Assembly: GCA_964627935.1 (NCBI GenBank) | Contig: CAZVLB010000001.1 | Location: forward strand, 198,933 to 262,932 | Reading direction: 5' to 3' | Source of the DNA: an uncultured Ignavibacteria bacterium | GTDB lineage: Bacteria > Zixibacteria > MSB-5A5 > JAABVY01 | Length of the DNA stretch: 64,000 nucleotides | Part shown: positions 37,080 to 44,439 of the stretch, in pieces | Numbering within the stretch: position 1 is the stretch's first letter | How the letters are laid out: each line of letters starts with the position of its first letter | The notes under the pieces: generated by a model | Seen by the model: the letters and a program-made list of their open reading frames with translations, nothing else | What the model was told of the DNA's origin: nothing | Database searches by the model: none | Position numbers and translations under genes: made by a program

Positions 37080-37295
37080 ATGTATGAGGAAATTGGCGAT
37101 GTAGCCGGCAAAATCTGGCACTACCTTAATGAAAAGGAAAAATACCGGGTATCACAATTGCCGCGTGCATTGAAGGTAAAAAAGCCGCTTGTTTTCCAGG
37201 GACTGGGATGGCTGGCTCGTGAGAATAAAATCACCTGGAAGACCGAGAAATCGGTAACTTATGTCTCACTTATTGACCGGATGCTAAAGAAGTAA
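37080..37295 (+). CDS. small winged-helix protein (DUF2582-like)
   Basis: IGDVAGKIWHYLNEKEKYRVSQLPRALKVKKPLVFQGLGWLARENKI matches my memory of the DUF2582 wHTH family. GGGGAG RBS. Confidence 0.5.
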   Translation: MYEEIGDVAGKIWHYLNEKEKYRVSQLPRALKVKKPLVFQGLGWLARENKITWKTEKSVTYVSLIDRMLKK

Positions 37296-37628
37296 CTCAA
37301 TTTCGCAAGATGGAATGCGTATTTAAAGCATATAAAATGCGTATGTGTTATACGAAATAATATTGAATGTATATTACTATTTCATGTCCCGCAAGTGCTT
37401 ATGATTTAACTGAATACATATAGTATTATTAGTATTGCATAAAATAATATTAGCATCTGAATCCAGGGTTGCTGATTTGTGTATCATCAATTATAATAAT
37501 ATGGAGCCGGGACAGGAATTGACCACTTCACAGCTCAAGATTTCACATCAGGCAGTTCTCTTATCCCGCTCGGAAATTTGCATTATAAAAATTTACAATA
37601 ACACAACAATAGTTTTGAGGAACCTGCT

Positions 37629-38063
37629 ATGAGAACTGAACAACGCAACATAATGCTGGTCGAGGATGATCCGGATGACAGTGAACTTATCATCCGTGCC
37701 CTCGAGGATATGCGTATTGCCAATAAGATTATTCATGTCGATAATGGACAGGATGCAATAGATTATCTTTTGAATAAAGGAACCTACAACGGTCGTCCGC
37801 TGGGAGATTTACCGGGACTTATTCTATTGGACCTGAATCTGCCCAAAGTCAGCGGCTTCGATGTTCTCAAGAAAATACGTGAAAACGATAAAACAAAATT
37901 TCTGCCGGTAGTGATACTTACATCTTCAGATGATGAAGTTAATGTTTTCCGCGGATATAATCTGGGGGCCAACAGCTTTATAAGCAAGCCGATGAATTTC
38001 GGCAAATTCCGTGAGGCGATCGAACAACTGGGCATGTACTGGCTGGTCCTGAACAATATTTAA
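37629..38063 (+). CDS. single-domain response regulator (CheY/Rcp1-like)
   Basis: IMLVEDDPDDSELI, phospho-acceptor context LILLDLNLPKVSG, VVILTSS and FISKP. Confidence 0.9.
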   Translation: MRTEQRNIMLVEDDPDDSELIIRALEDMRIANKIIHVDNGQDAIDYLLNKGTYNGRPLGDLPGLILLDLNLPKVSGFDVLKKIRENDKTKFLPVVILTSSDDEVNVFRGYNLGANSFISKPMNFGKFREAIEQLGMYWLVLNNI

Positions 38064-38075
38064 AAAGGATTTTTT

Positions 38076-39311
38076 ATGGAAAAAAAAATCAATCTCCTTT
38101 TGGTCGAGGATTCCAGCGATGATGCCGAACTTCTGCTGAAAAATCTGAATAAAAACGGTTTCGAAATCAATCATAAGCTGGTCAGCAATCCCGATGATTT
38201 TCGTACCGCACTGCGTTCCAACCACTGGGATGTTGTGCTGTCGGATTATGTCATGCCCGGTTTTGGCGGAATGGAAGCCTGGCAGATGTTCCGCCAGTTT
38301 AATCTGGATGTACCTTTCATTTTCATTTCCGGCAAAGTGGGCGAGGAGTCGGCCGTGAAAGCCATGAAGGCGGGCGTTGATGATTTCATCATGAAAGAGA
38401 ATATAACCCGCCTGGCGCCTACAATCGAACGTGAGCTAAATGAAGCCGAACGGCGGCGCGAGTTTGAAATTGCCGAAAGGGAGCATAAAAAGATCCAGGA
38501 TCGCTACAAAATGGTGGTTGAAAATGCCAATGAAGGCATCGGCATTATCCAGGATGGCTGTTTTCAGCTTGTCAATCCCAAGATCTCCAGCATACTCGGT
38601 ATCGATGCGGAGGACCTGATCGGCAAAAGCTTCCGGGATTATATTCATGAAAGCGATCGCAATATAGTCGTCAAATATCATAACCTGCGCATGGAGGGTG
38701 ATGATTCGACACCGGACGTGTACAGCTTCAGGATACGCGATTACGAGGGGCAATTACGCTGGATCGAAAATCGGGTAGTTATAATTGACTGGGAGGGCCG
38801 TCCGGCCACATTGAATTTCATGGCCGATATAACTCCCCGCAAGGAAGCCGAGGAGAGCCTTAAAAAGACAACCCGGACCCTTCAGGAAGAGCGCGAAGAA
38901 CTGCGCAAAAAGAATATCGCATTAAAGGAAATACTGGACCAGATCCAGAGGGAAAAGGACAGCATCAAGCAACGTATTTCCACAAACATAGAGCATCGGG
39001 TGAAAAATACGCTGTATCATCTCAGGAACCTGGCGCCGGCCGACCTTCAGCAACATATAGATCTGCTGGAAAAGGATCTGGATGAGATTGTATCGCCGTT
39101 CCTGGAAAAGGTCAAATCTCAGTATGCAAAATTAACCCCGCGAGAACTGGAAATCTGCCAGCTGATCAAGAATCAACTCAGTTCGAAGGAAATCGCTCAG
39201 TTTCTTAATATCTCGCCGCTGACTGTCAATAAACATCGCGAGATAATCCGCAAAAAGCTGAACCTGATCGGCAGTAACCAGAATCTTATCTCATTTCTAC
39301 AGGGCATATAG
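38076..39311 (+). CDS. response regulator: REC + PAS + coiled coil + LuxR/FixJ-type HTH (paralog of 9751..11055)
   Basis: LLLVEDSSDD...DVVLSDYVMPG, PAS (NEGIGIIQDGCFQLVNPKISSILG), a coiled coil (EELRKKNIALKEILDQIQREKDSIKQ), and LTPRELEICQLIKNQLSSKEIAQFLNISPLTVNKHREIIRKKLNL. Confidence 0.9.
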   Translation: MEKKINLLLVEDSSDDAELLLKNLNKNGFEINHKLVSNPDDFRTALRSNHWDVVLSDYVMPGFGGMEAWQMFRQFNLDVPFIFISGKVGEESAVKAMKAGVDDFIMKENITRLAPTIERELNEAERRREFEIAEREHKKIQDRYKMVVENANEGIGIIQDGCFQLVNPKISSILGIDAEDLIGKSFRDYIHESDRNIVVKYHNLRMEGDDSTPDVYSFRIRDYEGQLRWIENRVVIIDWEGRPATLNFMADITPRKEAEESLKKTTRTLQEEREELRKKNIALKEILDQIQREKDSIKQRISTNIEHRVKNTLYHLRNLAPADLQQHIDLLEKDLDEIVSPFLEKVKSQYAKLTPRELEICQLIKNQLSSKEIAQFLNISPLTVNKHREIIRKKLNLIGSNQNLISFLQGI

Positions 39312-39324
39312 CCCTTCCATCTTG

Positions 39325-39351
39325 AGCCCGGCAAAGGCCGGGCTTTTTTTT
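39325..39351 (+). terminator. intrinsic terminator
   Basis: Stem AGCCCGGC / GCCGGGCT with a 4-nt loop followed by T8, 14 nt after the 39311 stop. Confidence 0.85.
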
Positions 39352-39503
39352 ATCAAATTTAATACGGCTTTGGGGATAAAACAAGCCCCCTGGCAACTAA
39401 TTCATGTAAAAGCGATAGTGGAGGACAGATGCCTGCCATTTAGCATGAATCTCGGGCTTTTGCCAGAGGGGGACAACAACTTATCAGAAGCGACAGAATC
39501 AAT

Positions 39504-39567
39504 TTGCTGCATCTGGTGAAAAATGGAGTTCTGCACTCCTGGGGTTGCGGGAGATAGCATGCAGCAA
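39504..39567 (-). terminator. structured element just 3' of the 39579..39881 gene (possible terminator)
   Basis: A 9-bp outer inverted repeat TTGCTGCAT / ATGCAGCAA encloses an inner hairpin GGAGT-N5-ACTCC. On the minus strand the inner hairpin is followed by ATTTTTC. Confidence 0.3.
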
Positions 39568-39578
39568 TGATATGTGGC

Positions 39579-39881
39579 CTAAATCTGATAGCTGTTGTCG
39601 ATTTTCGAGACAGTCAAGAGCAGCAGCTGGTTCAGGTCATACATGGTATGACTTATATCTTCCCTGAAATCATTAAACTCCTTTTCCTGAGAGGTTCTTA
39701 ACATTCCCGCCTGCCTTTTAATTTTATCAATATCACCCTGGATTGTGGCGATACGCAGGCAGATTTCCTTCAATTCCGGGCCGATAAGTGATTTGGTTCT
39801 TTCCTTAAGATTCACTATCTCGTTGCGGCGCTTATTCAGAAGGCTGTTGAGCTCTTCTATTCTCAAACTGTTCATCTCCAT
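39579..39881 (-). CDS. small coiled-coil protein, unknown function
   Basis: 100-aa ORF with a GGGAG-like RBS and heptad-rich sequence (LRIEELNSLLNKRRNEIVNLKERTKSL). No family recognised. Confidence 0.4.
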   Translation of the reverse strand: MEMNSLRIEELNSLLNKRRNEIVNLKERTKSLIGPELKEICLRIATIQGDIDKIKRQAGMLRTSQEKEFNDFREDISHTMYDLNQLLLLTVSKIDNSYQI

Positions 39882-40121
39882 ACCCTATACTCCCTGTATT
39901 TAAAAATGCCCTTAATCATGAAACCGCCCTAATTTTGGCCCGGATGAGCCAATGTGGTGTTTACAACGGCTTCCTTTTTGCATTTAATATCATGAAATTG
40001 AGTATAATAAGCAATAGGGGTTTATTATATACAAAATGCGTATAAAAAATACACAAATGCGACTCTGATATCCAAATGCTGAAATATCCTCAAAAAAACA
40101 AATTGTGCCCATTAAAAATAC

Positions 40122-40154
40122 TTGACATTTTGGTCACAACTGACGATATAGTCA
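40122..40154 (+). promoter_or_regulatory. sigma-70-like promoter with overlapping candidate TetR operator
   Basis: TTGACA (40122-40127), then GATATA/TATAGT (40145-40152) at 17-19 nt. GTCA/TGAC half-sites are present: GTCA-N4-TGAC at 40133-40144 and the imperfect palindrome TGACGATATAGTCA at 40141-40154. The tetR ATG at 40158 follows within about 6 nt of the -10. Confidence 0.45.
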
Positions 40155-40157
40155 AAA

Positions 40158-40835
40158 ATGACTAATTGGTCGAAAAATGGACAGGATATGCAGGAATTGG
40201 TAAATAACGAATCGAGGCAAAGCCGACGCACCGGTAAAACACGGCAGAAGCTTCTCCATGCCGCTCGCGAGCTTTTTGCCGAAAAAGGGCTTGATTCGAC
40301 CCGTATCGATGAGATCACGGACAGGGCCGATGTGGGCAAGGGCACATTCTATTATCATTTCAATACCAAGGAGAAACTGGTTCAGGAGTTGATGCGAAGT
40401 GTGCTCGGGGAACTGCAGGCCAGGATCGAGGACGGTTGCCGGGAAATTGATAATCTGGAGGATCTGCTCGATTCGATTATACAGTGCCATCTGGACTTTT
40501 TCAATAATCGCTGGGAGGATTTTGTGCTGTTTTTCCAGGGGCGTGTTGATTTGACACTGGAGAAGGGTTATGAAGGTATCGAGGAGCCGTTTCTTACCTA
40601 TCTCAATACCATCGAGACATTGCTTGATGCCGTTATCAGGCATCATCTGTCCAGAAAGGTCCTGCGTCGTTTAACCTGTGCGGTGGCCGGCTTTGTTTCC
40701 GGTTACTATTCATTCTCCTCCATTGTACATGGCCGGGATGAGCTTGAAAGGGCATTTCATCCTTTGCGCGAGGTCCTGGTCAAAAGCTTGACACATTTTA
40801 TTAGGGAATCCATACCTGATGAGTCATACAGTTAG
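40158..40835 (+). CDS. TetR/AcrR-family transcriptional regulator
   Basis: N-terminal HTH TRQKLLHAARELFAEKGLDSTRIDEITDRADVGKGTFYYHFNTKEKL. An alternative start is ATG 40188. Confidence 0.9.
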   Translation: MTNWSKNGQDMQELVNNESRQSRRTGKTRQKLLHAARELFAEKGLDSTRIDEITDRADVGKGTFYYHFNTKEKLVQELMRSVLGELQARIEDGCREIDNLEDLLDSIIQCHLDFFNNRWEDFVLFFQGRVDLTLEKGYEGIEEPFLTYLNTIETLLDAVIRHHLSRKVLRRLTCAVAGFVSGYYSFSSIVHGRDELERAFHPLREVLVKSLTHFIRESIPDESYS

Positions 40836-42228
40836 AATCAAGCTGCCTGAGGGTGTCGGCGCACCCTGTAAGCCCGCCCGGAGAATCAAGACCTGCCTGA
40901 CAACATTCTCATGGGAGGGGGCATTTGCCAATATCTTCATGATATTAACCGGTGGCGCATTTTTGACCAGCCTGGGTATTTATTTCGGAGCCGGAGATGT
41001 CGAAATCGGCCTGCTGGGCGCATTGCCGTTTTTATCCCAGGCGGCTCAGCTTTTTTCACCGCTCATGATCCGCCTGACCGGCTCACGTAAGGGGCTGACA
41101 GTTTTCGGTTTCATATTCGCCCGTCAGATCTGGTGGCTTTTATTGCCGCTTCTATTTTTAAGCGTCAGCTGGAGCCTGGCGGCATTCCTTGTCGTCATCA
41201 CGATTTCGACTGCCGTGGCAATGCTTTCCACTCCGGGATGGTTGTCATGGATCGCCGATATTGTCCCGGAACGAATCCGCGGACGCTACTTTGCCAGACG
41301 CAACAGTGCAATTGCGATTACGACTGTGCTGGCCTCAATTGCCGGGGGATTGATCCTGGATCATTTCAGGCTAATAGGGCAAGACTCTCGTGGTTTTGCG
41401 CTCATAATAGGCCTGGGATGTATTTTTGCGCTGATATCATCACTGCTTTTAAAGCGTTTGCCGGATAACGTCAGGAGCAGCCACGAAGTTTCCATGGATA
41501 TCCTGGAACCATTGCGGGACAAACAATTCAGGTACCTGCTCAGGATTTTCTTTTTCTGGAACATGGCAATCGGCATTTCCGCCATTTTCTTTGCGGCTCA
41601 CATGCTTACATACCTGAAAATGAGCTTTCTGATGATTGCGATTTACAGCGGTGCCGTGGCCCTGAGCGGTATTTTCATGAATCGTTTCTGGGGCATGATT
41701 ATCGACCGTTTCGGATCGCGCAATGTTTTAATAGTATGCGCCTTCGGGATTTCTGGCATACCTCTGATCTGGTTTTTCCCCAGGGCCGATTTTCTGTGGG
41801 TGCTCGGGCTGGAATCAATCTACACCGGAGCATTATGGGCCGGCTTCAACCTGGCAGCATTCAATCTGCCGATCTCTATAAGCCCCAAAGAGAAGAGGAC
41901 ATCCTACCTGGCCATGTTTTCGGTCGTGACCGGAATTGGCTTTTTCGTTGCCTCGCTTATCGGAGGTATCATTGCCGACCTGATTTCGGGGATCAATCTG
42001 CAGATAGGACCGTTAACAATAATAAATTATCATATATTATTTGCGATTTCAAGCTTGCTTAGAATCATGGCATCTATAAATTTCATATCATTCCATGAAC
42101 CGGGCGAGAAGAGCTTCCCGGTTATGTTCCAGTTCATCGGATATGCAGCATTGAAGCAAATCTCTGTAGGAAGACAGCTCTTCCCACACAGGGTAAAACA
42201 AGTGCATGTTGGCAAAACACAGGGGTAG
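40819..42228 (+). CDS. MFS transporter
   Basis: About 12 hydrophobic segments and an MFS-type loop (RIRGRYFARRNS). It overlaps the tetR end by 17 nt. Confidence 0.8.
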   Translation: MSHTVRIKLPEGVGAPCKPARRIKTCLTTFSWEGAFANIFMILTGGAFLTSLGIYFGAGDVEIGLLGALPFLSQAAQLFSPLMIRLTGSRKGLTVFGFIFARQIWWLLLPLLFLSVSWSLAAFLVVITISTAVAMLSTPGWLSWIADIVPERIRGRYFARRNSAIAITTVLASIAGGLILDHFRLIGQDSRGFALIIGLGCIFALISSLLLKRLPDNVRSSHEVSMDILEPLRDKQFRYLLRIFFFWNMAIGISAIFFAAHMLTYLKMSFLMIAIYSGAVALSGIFMNRFWGMIIDRFGSRNVLIVCAFGISGIPLIWFFPRADFLWVLGLESIYTGALWAGFNLAAFNLPISISPKEKRTSYLAMFSVVTGIGFFVASLIGGIIADLISGINLQIGPLTIINYHILFAISSLLRIMASINFISFHEPGEKSFPVMFQFIGYAALKQISVGRQLFPHRVKQVHVGKTQG

Positions 42229-42229
42229 T

Positions 42230-43348
42230 ATGAACAAGGATGAAAAAAACGAAAATGTCGCGGTAGCCGAAAGGGAGAAACCGTTTGAATTGATCGACGG
42301 CGCCAGCGCCCAGGTATTTGAATTTACCAAAAGCTACGAGGAGCAGCGCAAAATCGCCATGGATCCCTCATATCCGCTCGACGAGCGCCTGGAGGCATAT
42401 GAGGACATTATCGACTCCGAGGTGGGCGACACCAATCTATGGCGCGCGCGCAATATCGAGCGCGAAATCGGACTGCGCCAGATTTATCTCAAATTCGAGG
42501 GCTCCAATCCGACCGGCACGCAAAAGGATCGCATCGCTTTCGCCCAGGCTATGGATGCGTTGCGGCGTGGTTTTGATACCATCACAATCGCTACCTGCGG
42601 CAATTACGGCGTAGCTATGGCTGTGGCCGCGAATCTGGCCGGGTTGCGTTGCCAGATATTTCTGCCCGAAACCTATCACAGCAAACGGGTCAAGGAGATG
42701 ACTGATCTGGGCGCTGAGATATTGCGAATCGGAGGAGACTATGAGGCAGCGGTTCAGGTTTCCAGGGAATATGCCCGTAAACATGAATATTATGATGCCA
42801 ATCCCGGTGGCGATAACCTGGTCCTGCAACTGAATCATTACGGCCGTATCGCCAATGAAATTTACGATGAGTTGCGCGATGCTCCCGCGATTGTGGCCGC
42901 GCCGGTTTCCAATGGCACTACCCTGGCAGGGATATATAAGGGCTTCATCCGCCTTTACAGGCGCGGCAAAATCTCAAGGATACCCAAAATGGTGGCCGGG
43001 TCATCGTTCAGAAAAAATCCGATAGTAATGGCTTATCTCAGCAATTCCGAATCTTGCACTGATTTACAGCCCGAATCAATCAAGGAAACACCGGTCAATG
43101 AACCGCTGATCAACTGGCATTCAATCGATGGTGATCTGGCGCTCGATGCAGTGCGGGCAAGCCGGGGCTGGGCCTCGAATGCCTCGGATAAAAACATGCT
43201 CACATATTCCAGGTTGATTCGCGAAAAAGAGGGAATCAATACATTGCCTGCTTCAACCGCGGGCCTGATAGCTATGATTGATCAGCACCGCAAAGAAGCA
43301 TTGTCCAGTGATCGTTATGTAATCGTTTTAACAGGAAAGAAATCATGA
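42230..43348 (+). CDS. fold-type II PLP-dependent enzyme (threonine synthase / cysteine synthase-like)
   Basis: The track starts at 42206. I prefer ATG 42230, 2 nt after the MFS stop and preceded by AGGGG. The PLP-lysine motif is LKFEGSNPTGTQKDRIA, with ATCGNYGVAMAVAA and VSNGTTLAG. Confidence 0.65.
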   Translation: MNKDEKNENVAVAEREKPFELIDGASAQVFEFTKSYEEQRKIAMDPSYPLDERLEAYEDIIDSEVGDTNLWRARNIEREIGLRQIYLKFEGSNPTGTQKDRIAFAQAMDALRRGFDTITIATCGNYGVAMAVAANLAGLRCQIFLPETYHSKRVKEMTDLGAEILRIGGDYEAAVQVSREYARKHEYYDANPGGDNLVLQLNHYGRIANEIYDELRDAPAIVAAPVSNGTTLAGIYKGFIRLYRRGKISRIPKMVAGSSFRKNPIVMAYLSNSESCTDLQPESIKETPVNEPLINWHSIDGDLALDAVRASRGWASNASDKNMLTYSRLIREKEGINTLPASTAGLIAMIDQHRKEALSSDRYVIVLTGKKS

Positions 43349-44421
43349 GCAGTCCATTAGATGGAAATGCTTTGGTATATTGTGAAGGGGCCTATAATAC
43401 CACCAACGGCAAAACCGCCCATGGTTTGGTGCGCTTCACCAAACGCTATAAAGTTCTCGGTGTAATCGACTCCCGCTATGCGGGCAGGGACGCCGGCGAG
43501 GTGCTGGATGGCAAGGTCAACGGCATACCCGTTTTCGGAACTCTGCAGGATGGAATCAATCATGCCCGTAATAATGCCGCCCAACTGTCATACTTTGTAA
43601 TGGGTCTTGCGCCCGATGGCGGCAGGCTCAATTCGATTGCCCGCGATGATGTCAGGCGCGCGATTGAATTCGGGCTCAATGTCGATTGCGGTTTGCATGA
43701 TTTCCTCTCCGATGATCCGGATATCTCTCAGCTTGCGCTTGACCGGGGAGTGACAATTCGTGACCTGCGCAAGCCTCCTCCCAGAAATCAACTGCATTTT
43801 TTCAGCGGCAAAATCGAGGAGGTCGACTGCCTGAAAGTGGCCATACTTGGTACCGATTCGGCTATCGGCAAAAGAACAACGGCATGGATCCTTGTGCAGG
43901 CTCTTCAGGAAGCCGGGTATAAGGCTGAGATGGTCGGCACCGGGCAAACTGCCTGGATGCAGGGAGCCAAATACGGCACGGTTTTCGATACGCTGGTGAA
44001 TGACTTCGTTTCCGGCGAAATCGAACATGCTGTCTGGTCGGCCTGGAAAGAGGAAGACCCGGATGTGATCGTGATCGAGGGGCAGGGCAGCCTGATGAAC
44101 CCGGCTTATCCGGGTGGCTATGAGATACTGGCCGCCGGCCGACCGGATATTGTGATTTTGCAGCACGCTCCTGCGCGGAAAGAGTATGATGGTTTCCCCG
44201 GGTATCCTATTCAGCCGCTCGAAAAGCAGATCGGCGCAATTGAATATATAAGCGACAAGCCGGTTGTGGCAATCGCCATAAATCATGAAGACCTAAAAGC
44301 TGACCAGATAAAAACTGCCTGCGAAGAAATCAGGCAAAAACACGATAAACCGGCCTTTGATGTTTTAGTCGATGGCGCCGGGGAGCTGGCCAATCTTGTG
44401 GCTAAACATATAAAAAGATAA
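43345..44421 (+). CDS. DUF1611-family P-loop protein (DgcN-like)
   Basis: ATGA overlap with the PLP gene. The P-loop-like motif VAILGTDSAIGKRTTAWILVQAL and the overall ~350-aa layout match DUF1611 as I recall it. Confidence 0.6.
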   Translation: MSSPLDGNALVYCEGAYNTTNGKTAHGLVRFTKRYKVLGVIDSRYAGRDAGEVLDGKVNGIPVFGTLQDGINHARNNAAQLSYFVMGLAPDGGRLNSIARDDVRRAIEFGLNVDCGLHDFLSDDPDISQLALDRGVTIRDLRKPPPRNQLHFFSGKIEEVDCLKVAILGTDSAIGKRTTAWILVQALQEAGYKAEMVGTGQTAWMQGAKYGTVFDTLVNDFVSGEIEHAVWSAWKEEDPDVIVIEGQGSLMNPAYPGGYEILAAGRPDIVILQHAPARKEYDGFPGYPIQPLEKQIGAIEYISDKPVVAIAINHEDLKADQIKTACEEIRQKHDKPAFDVLVDGAGELANLVAKHIKR

Positions 44422-44439
44422 GTAAACGGTAATACGAAT

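Noticed and set aside
37435-37632. ORF 37435..37632(+) and ORF 39322..39519(+) in intergenic gaps.
   Set aside because: They lie in AT-rich or terminator-containing non-coding regions and have no RBS. The second begins inside a rho-independent terminator.
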